Source: Nemertoderma westbladi (Eukaryota > Animalia > Xenacoelomorpha). From it: DNA of 64,000 nucleotides. Each line of letters opens with the position of its first letter. The first letter of the stretch is position 1. Under the pieces are notes generated by a model, which worked only from the letters and a program-made list of their open reading frames with translations, had not been told where the DNA came from and ran no database searches. Made by a program: the position numbers and the translations under genes. Location of the stretch: the NCBI GenBank assembly GCA_032718475.1, contig JAUCBJ010009123.1, positions 4,768-68,767 on the forward strand. The letters run 5' to 3'. Shown piece after piece: positions 1 to 11,502 of this stretch.

Positions 1-114
1 CCTCCTAGACTATCTAAAGACTCGCCAAATTCCCGCTCATTTCCATCAACATATTCGTCGATATCTCCAAGTGAACCTATTGGTAAAGTATCCCCCATAT
101 TTCCCAACAAATTG
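1..114 (-). CDS. Probable internal exon of an unidentified gene running off the left edge
   Basis: Minus-strand acceptor tatttttcccag| is followed by an open frame (D)NLLGNMGDTLPIGSLGDIDEYVDGNEREFGESLDSLG. It joins in phase 2 with exon 390..445. Confidence 0.45.
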
Positions 115-389
115 CTGGGAAAAATAATTATATTAAAGAGTAATATATTAAAGCTGACCCTGACATATCATTTACATATTAAATTCCTAATAACAATATA
201 TATTAAGTAAGAATGTTCATAGACAGAAGCAAAACCTACTGTACAACCAGAAAACTAGTAAATACTGAGATATAGTATAGTACTGGTAATCAATCAAAGA
301 GGTACAGTAACTGTATATTTGATTTTGAGTTTGTAAATTGTATTGCCATTGTAACAGAAATTGTATTTTTTATAGGCCTATATATTTAC

Positions 390-445
390 TCTGATGGAGA
401 TTGGCTTGAGATTAGTGCACTGGACAATACCCGGTAGATATTCAT
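390..445 (-). CDS. Probable upstream exon of the same unidentified gene
   Basis: ATG at 445, MNIYRVLSSALISSQSPS, then GA|gtaaat donor. GA+C makes Asp in frame with exon 1..114. A ccatag acceptor lies just upstream, so it may be an internal exon. Confidence 0.4.
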
Positions 446-890
446 CGCTATGGCACAAGATCAAAATCAAATAATTTACCAGTATTCTTTTTATTCCTCG
501 TGCTAATTTAGTTGTTGGGCAGCGATCAAAACAAAAAAATCGAGAAAATGAAAAACAAAACTGGATTTCCATTTCGTACAGTAATTTTATGTAAATGAAC
601 AGGTTACAATGACTGATTTATAACCAAAACAATAAACAAAACTAGATTTATTAATTAATGGAAAGGAGCAGGTTACAGTACCGGTCAGCCGGTAGTAGAG
701 TAGCAGGCCTTTCTAACTAAAACAATACACGATAACTAGAGATCACAGGTTACAGTCTTATTTTTGCAACCGCTGATGGTTGGCCTACCTAAGGTACCGG
801 TACGGTACTTAGCCTATTCGGACATCGAATTACTGTATTCAATATCCTAACAGTAGGTGACACTAGCCATATAGGCAGCCAAAATGGCTG

Positions 891-3800
891 CCTAATCGGG
901 AAAAATTGCTGCCTAAATAGGCCTAGGCAGATTTTACACTTTTTTAACAATATAATAGTGAGTTAATAATGAGTTAATTCCTGTAAATCTAAATGGGGGG
1001 ATGAATTGAAACCTGATTATGAAACTTGGGCCATTCATTCTTTAGGCAGTCCAAAAATTAAAAAGTTTCATCTTTGCAATCCTAAATGATTTATATTCAA
1101 AAAATTTGTATTCATTTTGCCCAGCTGCCTAAATAGGCAATACATTCCCGAATGGATGGTATAATGTAGCTAAATAATAGGCAGTACCAAATAGTTTATC
1201 TTATAGCAAGGAGGGAATACAGGGAGTAGCACTGTGATAGCATAACGAATATTTAATAGACTGAAAAAAATTATTTATTTTATTTATTTCTGTATATATG
1301 CTTCTTTTTTAGAACCATAATCTGATTATGGCTTGTTGTTGGAAGTTCTATTTTCTATTGCACCAAACAAAGAACGACCTCCAGGAACTGGATCGTTGGT
1401 TGAAGCATTTATTCCCACTACGCTTGGTTCCTCCTTCAAAAAAAATGCGTCAACCCCAGAGGCAGCGGGGGGGGGGGGGGGGGGGGGGGGGACCTGACGT
1501 CAATCCCATCTTGGCGAATTAATATCCCGCCTTAATGTTAAATTATCAATTTAGGGAAAGGAGCAGGTTACAGTGGCACGTTATTTTAACCAAAACAATA
1601 AACTAAACACAATAGATCAGGTTACAGTTTTATTTTTGAGAGTAATCAGCTGTTATTTACGACGAATTTCCCCTGGAGAGGGATGCATTTTTATTGCGTC
1701 GAAAGTCCCCCCTATCTGCAACCCCAACACGTGTTATAGTTTCCAAATCATCAAATTTTCGTTTTAAACTGTTACATCGTTTTACCTGCGAAAATGATCG
1801 GAATTCTTATCGTGATAATTATAATCTGACCTAGAAATTATTTTCCCCTTTCCTTGAACATCAGCTAACCAACTTTCATCTACTTTCAAGCTCAAATCTC
1901 GTTGAATAATCCATCCATCTGTCTCACCCATGTCCCCCCTATAACACCTCCACCTGTTCCACCCTCACCTCAACCTGCCTCACCCCCCCCCCCCCCCCCC
2001 GTAACACCACCACCTGTTCCACCATTATCACCTGTCTCCCCCATAACACAACCACCTGTCAGCCTGTTCCACAATTATCACCTCCACCTGTCTCCCCCAC
2101 AACACAACCACCTGTTCCACCATTATCGCCTCCACCTGTTCTACCATTATCACCTCCACCTGTCTACCCCATGATAACACTACCCCACCACTTGTTCCAC
2201 CATATCGCCTCCACCTGTCTCCCCCATAACACCATTTTGAATTGAACACTGAATTATTATGTCAGAGCAGGATCCATATTGTATTATTTATAGTAGTGGG
2301 AGTGAAACAAGTAACAATGATGGCGAGGGTGCAATAGATTTACTTAACCAGGTTATGGAAGCGACACTCACCCCACTCCCACCAGAATCTAGGACCGTTT
2401 CTCTATCTCCAATACGAGAAGTCTTTCCTTTTCTAATGATGAGTCCCATTACACCAGGTAGGCCATTTCTGAGGAAACGTAGTGACTCGTATGATCCAAC
2501 TTGGGAGCCAACAAATTCATCATCAGGGTCAGAAAGCACGGAGATAGTGGAGAGACAGCGAATGGTGGAAAACTGGCACTGGGAGACTAAAGTTTCAGGA
2601 GGTGATGGAGTGTTTCAGGAGTCAAGTGGATGTGAAATTGGGGGAATAAGCAGGTGTTATGGCAGTATGGGGGAGACATATGGTTGTAATATTGGTGGAA
2701 AAAGTAGAGGTGTTGTTATGGGGGAGAGAGTTCTCAGGTGTGGAACAGGTGTGTTATGGAGGAGAGAGGTGGAGGTGATAAGGGTGGAACATGTGTGTTA
2801 TGGGGGAGACAGGTAGAGGTGATTATGGTGGGACAGGTGGTGGTACTATGGGGGAGACAGGTGGAGGTGATATTCGTGGGACAGGTGGTGGTGTTATGGG
2901 GGAGGCAGATGGAGGGATTATTCAACAAGATTTGAGTTTGGAAGTAGATGAAAGTGGGTTAGGTGATAGTTCAAGAAAAGGGGAAAACAAGATAAGAACA
3001 AATGCTGATCATCTAAGCAGGTAAAACGATGTAACAGTTTAAAACGAAAATTTGATGATTTGGAAACTGTAACACATGTTGGGGTTGACGCATTTTTTTG
3101 AAGGAGGAGCCAAGCAGAAGTACCAGAGTACGGTAGTGGGAATAAATGCTTTCGACATGACGTCAGACGTTGTTAGCTCTCCTTCAACCAACGATCAAGT
3201 TCCTGGAGGTCGTTCTTTGTTTGGTGCAATAGAACTTCCAACAACAAGCCATTAGGGTTCTAGACTGCTAGATATACATATAGGGCCTATACAGAAATAA
3301 ATAAAATAAATAAATTTTTTAAATACAGAAATAATTCCCTATCACCCTACGTGCCCTACTGCTACTGCCCTATTACAGTCAACCGTATTAAATATTCATT
3401 ATGCTAACACAGTCTGACAATGCTACTACCTGTATTCCTTGCTATGCTCTGATGATATAAACTATTTGGTAGGCTGCCGGGCTGGTAGGACCGGCCTATT
3501 TCTGTATTTAGCCACATTTATTGGTACCCTCCATTCGGGAATGCAATGCCTATTTGAGAATGCACTGCCTATTTAGGCAGCTGGCAGGCTGGGAAAATTG
3601 AATACACATTTTTTGAACATAAATAATTTCGGATTGCCTGATTGCAAAGATTAAATTTTTTAATTTTTGGAGTGCCTAAATAATGAAGGGCCCAAGTTTC
3701 ATAATCAGGCTTCAATTCATCACCCCATTTATAATTACCTGATTACAGCAGATGAGCAGTACTGCAGTAGGCCTACAGGCTGACAGAATGCAGGAATTAA

Positions 3801-3900
3801 CTTAATTAACCGATTATCTGAGTGATTACAGTGTTAAAAAAGTATAAAATCTGCCTATCAGCCTATTGCAGTATTGAGGCAGCAATTTTTCCCGATTAGG
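891..3900. mobile_element. ~3-kb foldback (long imperfect inverted repeat) element
   Basis: Nested reverse-complement matches: 891-914 vs 3877-3900, ~1360-1460 vs ~3080-3250, 1720-1790 vs 3017-3087, 1840-1925 vs 2900-2987. C-rich sub-repeats (CCACCTGTCTCCCCCATAACAC, ~1935-2232) mirror G-rich copies (~2710-2905). The spacer is ~2235-2705. Confidence 0.8.
1459..1718. mobile_element. ~260-bp MITE with poly-G/poly-C subterminal tracts, copy 1
   Basis: 8-bp TSD CAACCCCA (1451-1458, 1719-1726). Absent from the opposite foldback arm. Near-identical copy at 62102..62373. Confidence 0.8.
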
Positions 3901-3902
3901 CC

Positions 3903-4254
3903 GGTCCGTTCCGTCTAAACACCCAAATCACACAAAATTGACAAAATCACATCAAATCACACGAATAATTCTAATTTTTATTTTTTTCAAATCGTTTATT
4001 GTTTTGGTTCCTTCTGGCTACCACTGTCAGACTGTAACCTGCTCCTTTACTTTTAAATTTTTTTTTGTGATTTGGTGTGATTAGTTGTGATTTGGTGTAC
4101 TTTGGCATCATTCGGTGTGATTTGGTTTTAGGATTATTTTTTGTGATTTTGTTTGTGATGTGGCTGTCTGGTGTAATTTGGTTTGTTATTCTGTTATTTG
4201 GCAGTTTGGTGTGATTTGTTGTGATTTGGTGTGATTTGGGTGTTTAGACGGACC
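3903..4254. mobile_element. MITE with ~25-bp TIRs and 10-bp subterminal repeats (TGGTGTGATT)
   Basis: GGTCCGT(TCCGT)CTAAACACCCAAATCACAC ... GTGTGATTTGGGTGTTTAGACGGACC. Possible 2-bp CC TSD. Confidence 0.7.
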
Positions 4255-4680
4255 CCATCCAGCCATCTGCCATCGATCAGTCGATTGCGGTTATACAGTT
4301 ATAGGATACTGGGATATGGCTGTGCCTACCTGCCTACTCCTGTACTCAACGTTCAGACGTTAGATAGATGGTAGAGGTGGAGGAGGACTGGAGGAGGGTG
4401 CATAACTGGCTGATCGATCAAGTCCAGGAGGTAAATAAATATACGTATGCAGATGTAACCCTTTAATTCAGTAACTCAGTACCGGTACCGGCTGCCGGCT
4501 GACCGGCAGACCGGTAATTGTACTTCCTCACTTTGAATTCAAATTTCCCGCTTTAATGTGTGAATGGCATCGATGAAGATCAGACTATACAGTGACTACT
4601 CCTGTCAGCCTGTCTGCCTGCAATTTGGTGGGTTGGCTCTGGCAATGTAGTTCTCCATTTTTTCTGTTTATTATGTAATT

Positions 4681-5810
4681 AATTGTTGGGCTAGAAACAA
4701 TTAATTGAATAAGTGGTAACAACAACAAGGTGCACTGAACTGCTGAATCGCCAGTGACTGGGTGTGTTTTTTTGTAAAAATACGTGAAAAGGTCGAAATG
4801 GTGGGTCTTTTGACACTACAATTAATAAAATTCATGATGATAAACATTGATAAAATGCTGTTTCCTACAGTAATTCCACCAGCAATACTGCATTCCAATC
4901 TGTATTGGATTACGGTAATGCCCACAGATTAGATTTAAAATAACACTAAACTTGTAATACCTGTCAGCCGTTACTATAATACAGTAATAAGTGGTAGTGT
5001 AGCAGGCTTGAATATTAAAAACGTGTACCGGTCACCTGTAAACCCTATTTAATGAAGTAAAGCTGCAATACTCAGATAATTCAATACGCATTAGAATGAT
5101 TGCTTACCGTTTAGTTTGTCTACCGAGTTTTCAATTGTGAACAGCATTTTATCAATCTTCCCCATCATGAATTTATTTAATTGTAGTGTTAAAAGATGCG
5201 CAAGACTCTCCGTATTCAATTGATATGCCACGTGTGAAGTGATTGTGATTTAATGTGTATTTCAATTGATCGAAAAATGCTATAAGATCAAATCTGTAGC
5301 AGCCAATCACAGTGTTTTTACAAAAAACACAACCCGCCTCTCGATTCAGGGCACCTTGTTATACCCCTTATTCAATTGTTTCTAGCCCAACATGTTTTTG
5401 CGCACCGACCATATACAGCTTGGAATGCAGTATTGCTGCTGGAAGTGGAAGTACTGCTGGAAACAGAATTTTATCAATCTTTATCATCATTAATTTAATT
5501 AATTGTCAAAAGATGCGGAAGACTTTCAATTTATACATATAAGCCATGTGTAAAATGATGGAGATTTAATGTGTATTTGAATCAATCGAAAATCACTTTC
5601 CATAGAAACCAAGATATGAAATTATCAAATCACTCTGTAGTGACGACAAATCTGTAGCAGCCAATCACAGTCGATTTTAAAAATTTGCTTCCCGCGCTTA
5701 TTTAAACGCCGCAATTACGACCTCGTCTTTTTACAAAAAACACACCCCGCCACTCGATTCTGGGCACCTTTGTTACCCCTTATTTAATTGTTTCTAGCCC
5801 AACAATTTTT
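4681..5810. repeat. Degenerate ~300-400-bp repeat: one inverted copy (4681-4905) and two direct copies (~5140-5400, ~5415-5810)
   Basis: Shared blocks TTGTTTCTAGCCCAACA, TTTTTACAAAAAACAC and TTTTATCAATCTT occur in all three copies; AAATCTGTAGCAGCCAATCACAGT occurs in the two direct copies. Confidence 0.6.
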
Positions 5811-6563
5811 CGCGCACCAACCCTATTCCCTACCGAATAACATTAAAAATATTAAAAATTAACATGTCCTTAACACTGCAGTAAAATCAAACCCCCAATA
5901 TACCAGTGTAAATAATTATTATATAACGGTATTTCAATTCAATACAACTCTTGACAAGAACTACCCTGGCCTATTAATAGGGAGGTTCGTTATTAAATAG
6001 GTGCTGTGCAATTGGTAATAATGGTTATCAATTTTATAATTATTGTATAATATTTAGTTTACATAGTATATAATTAGTCTATATTAGTTTAGTTACTGTT
6101 AGTTTAGTTTGTATTGGTCAAGTAACTTGAAGTACAAACCCATGGAAATAGGCTGCAAAGATTTAGCTTTATGTTATGTTGGGCAATACTTACTACTGTA
6201 CAATACATTAATTGTGTCTAGTTAATGTATTGGTTTATATTGTTTGCATGATGTATAGTAAATAAATCTACAGTATATATCTATGAATGAGAAACAGTTA
6301 AAAAAAAACATTATTTTTTTATCACACTGGGGGTGTATAAAATAGGGCTATAGGCTTACTGTATGTAGATATAAGTAACTATTGTCAAAAACATTGGATT
6401 GGTTTTTAACTAGGAAACCAGACCTGTTTTTAAACGACTTAGGTACTGTATTATTTGAGTAGGATTGTTAAAAACAGGGTTTTTCTTTGTCATTGACAAC
6501 CCCACATTTTAGCGGGAAATTTTAATTCTCCAAAGAGCAAACCTGTTTTTAACTACTCCTAGT

Positions 6564-6609
6564 CAAGGACTACTATACTACTAGTAGTACTGTAGTATAG
6601 TAGTCCTTG
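6564..6609. mobile_element. 46-bp palindromic micro-element (CAAGG...CCTTG)
   Basis: 17-bp arms CAAGGACTACTATACTA / TAGTATAGTAGTCCTTG. Flanks CTCCTAGT / CTTCTAGT (7/8 TSD). Confidence 0.6.
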
Positions 6610-6717
6610 CTTCTAGTCCTTGCTTATAGTCCTTACCTAGTCTAGTACTGCTGTACTGTAGTAAGTCTGTGAGTAGTAACTAAGGAATAGGGGCAGTAAT
6701 ATAGGCCTAATTACATA

Positions 6718-7920
6718 ATGTCATCTGAATATGCGAGAATGTGTCGTCCGAATCTGTACTCAACTCGAACAATAGAGGGAACCATGATATCGTTGCTAAG
6801 ACTATTTCTTCTGGAACACCGATGGCGGGATGCGACTGCGATAGTTGGCACCATGGCTGCGGACTATAGACCACGGTTCAGCATACCAATAGCGAGCGCG
6901 GCCCTCACCATCGCCGTGAATAACCGCGAACAATTCGACGTGACCGCTGTTATCGAGGAAGTAGGTAGAATGTACGGCGTTTACCCTGAGTTTGCGACCC
7001 TGTCTTTAGTCCTTTACAGCATGTTGGTTGGAGATGACGAAACCGTTAAAGTTGCCCGCAACACCCATCTATGGTCTAGTAGACTTTGCAACGAGAAGGT
7101 CATCTTCACAGTCAATGTCCACAAACAACTTATATCGGGGTACAGCGCGTTGCCTAGTTACTGGAAGTGGAAGGGCATAGTGGACAAATCTCGCGTCAAG
7201 AGTATTTCCTTCCAAGATCAATCCGATCGAAAATCCCTCGCAGACGAAGTGGTGGGAAAGCTAGTTAGTTTGCTGATGGATCCTGCAGTCGATTTCCTTG
7301 TCGATGTATTTGTTGACAAACTTGTTGCCGTAGTAACCAGTAGTGAAGGAGCTGAGTACAAAGCGAGAGTGGAAGAGGCGTTGATTGAATACCTGGAGAG
7401 GAAACCCAATGATGTTCGAACGTGGGAGAAAGTTATTGAGATAACCGATCGTGTTATTGCCATAGAAGTAGCCGCTAAGGTTATTCTAGAACATTCACCA
7501 TCACACCATTTGGTTCCCGACCTGTGCCACAGACTGGCCTCCAAGGGTTTCTACCGACAGTCCCTGACGTCCGCCATGGTCTACCTGGACTTTCATCCTC
7601 TTAGTCGCCGGGGTTGGGAACTAATCGATACCGTTCTGGTCGGATTAGCCGACCAGTGGCATCATTTAGAGAAACCGGAAAGGTCGGAAATCAGAGACTT
7701 GCGGAAAAGCTTCCGTAAATATTGGCCGCGGTTCCATTTCCCGAAGTTTCCGGATTTTGACGACCGACTTTTGCGAGAGAAGAGTCGCGCTGCCGTGTTT
7801 ATTTTCGGCGGTAAAACGAACAAGATGATTTATAATTTGTCGTCTTTGGGAGACGTCGAGGGGATGGATATATATGAGTTGAGGGACTTCCTTAGTCGAC
7901 TTCCCTACGGACTTCCTTAG
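6718..7920 (+). CDS. TAF1A: TBP-associated factor RNA polymerase I subunit A (TAF1A/TAFI48)-like, single coding exon, 400 aa
   Basis: Collinear matches to vertebrate TAF1A motifs: LLEHRWRDA~LLKHQWQQA, LISGYSALPSYWKW~LIQAYKGLLQYYTW, DVFVDKLV~DPFVKSYV, PSHHL~PSHKL, YLDF..W~VLDF..W, RKYWPRFHF~RKNWWPGFHF, LLREKSRAAVFIFG~LACEKAFVAGLLLG. Confidence 0.8.
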   Translation: MSSEYARMCRPNLYSTRTIEGTMISLLRLFLLEHRWRDATAIVGTMAADYRPRFSIPIASAALTIAVNNREQFDVTAVIEEVGRMYGVYPEFATLSLVLYSMLVGDDETVKVARNTHLWSSRLCNEKVIFTVNVHKQLISGYSALPSYWKWKGIVDKSRVKSISFQDQSDRKSLADEVVGKLVSLLMDPAVDFLVDVFVDKLVAVVTSSEGAEYKARVEEALIEYLERKPNDVRTWEKVIEITDRVIAIEVAAKVILEHSPSHHLVPDLCHRLASKGFYRQSLTSAMVYLDFHPLSRRGWELIDTVLVGLADQWHHLEKPERSEIRDLRKSFRKYWPRFHFPKFPDFDDRLLREKSRAAVFIFGGKTNKMIYNLSSLGDVEGMDIYELRDFLSRLPYGLP

Positions 7921-8101
7921 TCGACTTCCCTACGGACTTCCTTAGTCGACTTCCCTACGGACTTCCTTAGTCGACTTCCCTACGGACTTCCTTAGTCGAC
8001 TTCGCTACGGACTTCCTTAGTCGACTTCCCTACGGACTTCCTTAGTCGACTTCCCTACGGACTTCCTTAGTCGACTTCCCTACGGACTTCCTTAGTCGAC
8101 T
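7884..8101 (+). repeat. 25-bp tandem repeat (GGACTTCCTTAGTCGACTTCCCTAC) x ~8.7 overlapping the TAF1A stop codon
   Basis: Period of 25 read directly (7884, 7909, ...). Confidence 0.95.
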
Positions 8102-8610
8102 CCCTTAGGGGACTTCATTTCGGTGGGTAAATAATACGAAGCGGAATTAACGTATGTTACCAAACAGAGAGAGAAAATTAAAACATTGATCAAATGTATT
8201 GAGTCATTATATAAACTTACTTTATAAACTCTTTAATTAATTTTATAAACATTCAAAGATTATATTTGCTGCGAGAAGTAAAATAACTGTGAATAAAACA
8301 AGTCATTACAATAAATATGAGAAGTAATGTGATACTGAAAATAACAATAAATTAAATATTATCGCGGAACATCCAATGGAGTGAAGCCTGGACACCGAAT
8401 TCAACACAATAATTTAGTTTGGGATATAAAGTTGGTTTGGGGCCGTGTAATTAATTTTACCACTCCTGGGAGGAGTTTATTACGCGTGTTTCAGTTACCA
8501 AGACTGATTGGCTGACAAAGACCAATTGATCGAACTATGGGATCTTTACATTTATTATTGTGTCCCCTGAATATAACGATAAAGTAGTCCCCCAACTACG
8601 TTCACTATTT

Positions 8611-9246
8611 ACATACTATGTGTGTAAAGTAGCACTTTACAGTGTGATGATCCGAGTGGCTTTGTTACACGAACGAACGTTAGTGAGTGAGTGAAAATAA
8701 AGCCACGAGGATCAGAACACTGTAAAGTACTTTGCAACAAGTATGTATGTAGTTTTATTTCAAAATTTTAACATTACAAAATGATTGTACATGTACATAT
8801 ACATTATAAGTGATAGAAACTGCACAAATTAAATTAGTTGCTGTATAAATAAATGTAAAAATTACATAAATTATGTTATAAATAAGTTAGCTTATATTTA
8901 TGGTGGTATTTGGAGCCATGTTACAATAATATAGCTAGGTCCTACTGGTTATTAATAGCTATACCCCACCTACCGGTAGTTAATGCTGTAGGCCTATCTG
9001 GCTGTCAGGCAAATTTCCACCTATTGTTTACGTGGTATCCAATGACAGCGTTAAGTAATGTCCCCTTAGTGGAAATTACTTAACGCCGTCATGGGTTACC
9101 ATGTAAACAATAACACCAAATACAGTACAATACTAAATATACAGGCCAATACAATGCTGTAATGTCCTCTAAAGTTTTAAAGTGCTAAATAACAACTCGC
9201 TGTTAATACTAACGGCGTTGAGTAATGTTACAATTTTGGAATAAAA
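8611..9246. mobile_element. Non-autonomous hairpin-capped element
   Basis: 5' hairpin ACTTTACAGTGT..GATCC..GTGGCTTT / AAAGCCAC..GGATC..ACACTGTAAAGT. Inverted pair ~8753-8778 vs 9222-9246. Internal hairpin 9023-9111. Confidence 0.55.
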
Positions 9247-9522
9247 ATTATTTATTAATCGCGAATAAATAACGAATGGGAAACATTGACTTGTCATAAA
9301 GCCGAACTAAGCCTCTTTCCTAAAACAATCAAAATATTTTTCATAACGCGTTTATATAATAATTTATTATTGTTATAATATTTACGCATTTAAAAAATAT
9401 CTATCTCTAAGATACAATAACAAATACATTTAAAAAACAAGGTAATGAGTGTATTGATTGCTTTTTCAAATAAATAAATTATGTACAAGTGAGTTTAATA
9501 ATAATATCAGCGTATCAAATGA

Positions 9523-11502
9523 TCAAAGTAATGGTTCGCAACTCCAAGCGATGGCGCTACCGGGCCACTTAGTACGCAGGACATTCTCCAGGGGCGGGGC
9601 GTCTGTTTCCGATGAGACTGAAAGAGCCGTGGTCGTGTCAATCATTAGCTCAATCGGCTCGTCCTGATTGCCCAACTGGTCGTAGTAGATCAACATAAAC
9701 CGGCGTTCCGACTTCCAGTCCGATAAGAGTGTTCGATCGGCGCAGAACACCACGGTAAAGTGAGACTCGCAGTTAATCACCCAGACAGGGACTTTAGGAG
9801 TCTTGTAGTAAGTTCCCACCTTCATAGAGTTGTAATGTTCGAAGAGCGTAAGAAACCCGATGTCGTTACGGGAAGAGATACCGTTGAGCACCATGGCAAC
9901 ATCCGTACCGTCATTGAGTTCTGTGGTATCGTTGAAGGTGTTGCTGACAGCGGCGCCACTCAGCAACAGATTGACGAGCTCCATGGAGGTGTAACTGAAC
10001 CGAGTTATCAGACTGAGTCCCGCCCGTTCGGTGGGGTCGCAGTCCTCTCGTACCCGATTCACCCCGCGGGTCAACACAGCGCTCAACGCGATCGACAAGA
10101 CCCCCGGCGTGTTAGAGCTCAACAGCTGCGGCATCGCTCGTCGCAGGAACGCCACTAAATCCTTCCGAGTCGCCACCTCGTTCACCACCAGGTACTCGGT
10201 GATCCCGTCGGCTCGGAACCGAGCCGAGCCGCCCAGATGCTTCCGGGATCCAGGCAGCACCACCTTGCAGCCGCTATCATCGCCACAACGCCACAGCACC
10301 GCGGCTATGGCCTGGACTAACGCCTCGCTGAGGCGTGTGACGCTCGGTCGCAGTGTGGGGGACTCCGTGTCGAACAGTAAGTCGCGTATCAGTTCGGCCT
10401 GGAGCACGGCGATGGCACCGCAAGGTCCGCCTTTATTCTGCGTCAATCCGTAAGGAATCTTGGGATTAAACGAGAATCCCTGAAGAGTCCACGGAACAGG
10501 GAAACGGTTACTCGCTGAGCCCAGAAGGATGACTTTAAGTGCAACGGCTTCCGTTTCAGTAACCGGACGACTTCGGACAGACGACAACGTCAAACGGGAC
10601 AAATCGATTGTCCCGATAACTTCGTCTGCCTCATCAACGTCATCCACTGTACAATCATTTGGAAGAACAACCGCGTTCGATTTAACTTTAGGACTTTCTT
10701 TTACTGATTTGTTTTTTATCGGTTTCTGTAATAAATCCGCTTTATTCTTTCCGGTTGGAACGTCAGTGTTGTCGTTCTCTTTGCTGTACTTCGAAACAAA
10801 ATCCGGTCTGGTCGAAGATTCTTTGTGGCCATCGTTGTGCAGCAGGTGGTAGCGTTCTGCGTTGTTTTCAATAGGTTCCCCGTTCCCGTGGCGTTCCGAT
10901 TTGCGTTCCGGTTTACCGGCCTCGGGAGATCGGTTGTTTATCGACGGCTTGAAACTGAACGTCTCGGAAACATGTTTCCCTCTCGGGGGATTCTCGATTG
11001 GTTTCGCAATGTTGGTTACCGCGAGGTTGGACCCGGTGAGAGTCGTAGAGAAACTTTCATCAACGTTTTCTATCTTACAATCGACACCTCCAATTCTCAG
11101 CGCTTTCAGTTTCGCTGTAGATGGTCTATCAACTTTTTGCAGAAACTCAGAATCCACGTTATTCTTGTTTCCATGGCGCTTCTTGGCAACTTTATCCATT
11201 AGATGAACAACATCAATTGCTATCAAGTCAAAATATTTTACCAAAAGTAAATCTAAAATGGAATCAAGTTTTATTTCGGTAGAAAGTTCCCGATTATCAT
11301 CGTGTTCCTTGATTAAACTTAACAGACTCGACAGCATCTTAGAGTTGGTTATCTCTTTCTCACTTCTAGGGCACTCTTGGAGAAACATTTCATATGATCG
11401 ATCTGCGTTATATCGCTTTAACATTTCCCGACACAAACTCTTAGACAAACACGCTATGCAGTCTTTGTCAGCTTTAGAAAGGGTACGCATATTGGTTGGC
11501 AT
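9523..11502 (-). CDS. MINDY4: Deubiquitinase MINDY-4 (FAM188B), single coding exon
   Basis: MINDY3/4 catalytic motifs GLTQNKGGPCG and WVINCESHFTV, plus YYDQL and PPLENVLRTKWP. N-terminal SLCREML..ECPRS..I.N resembles the MINDY4 N-terminus. First ATG at 11502 (the ORF track starts at TTG 11526). Confidence 0.9.
   Translation of the reverse strand: MPTNMRTLSKADKDCIACLSKSLCREMLKRYNADRSYEMFLQECPRSEKEITNSKMLSSLLSLIKEHDDNRELSTEIKLDSILDLLLVKYFDLIAIDVVHLMDKVAKKRHGNKNNVDSEFLQKVDRPSTAKLKALRIGGVDCKIENVDESFSTTLTGSNLAVTNIAKPIENPPRGKHVSETFSFKPSINNRSPEAGKPERKSERHGNGEPIENNAERYHLLHNDGHKESSTRPDFVSKYSKENDNTDVPTGKNKADLLQKPIKNKSVKESPKVKSNAVVLPNDCTVDDVDEADEVIGTIDLSRLTLSSVRSRPVTETEAVALKVILLGSASNRFPVPWTLQGFSFNPKIPYGLTQNKGGPCGAIAVLQAELIRDLLFDTESPTLRPSVTRLSEALVQAIAAVLWRCGDDSGCKVVLPGSRKHLGGSARFRADGITEYLVVNEVATRKDLVAFLRRAMPQLLSSNTPGVLSIALSAVLTRGVNRVREDCDPTERAGLSLITRFSYTSMELVNLLLSGAAVSNTFNDTTELNDGTDVAMVLNGISSRNDIGFLTLFEHYNSMKVGTYYKTPKVPVWVINCESHFTVVFCADRTLLSDWKSERRFMLIYYDQLGNQDEPIELMIDTTTALSVSSETDAPPLENVLRTKWPGSAIAWSCEPLL

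Noticed and set aside
1902-3024. Pro-rich and Gly/Val-rich ORFs
   Set aside because: Translations of the C-rich/G-rich sub-repeats of the foldback arms. The 185-aa spacer ORF has no recognisable domain.
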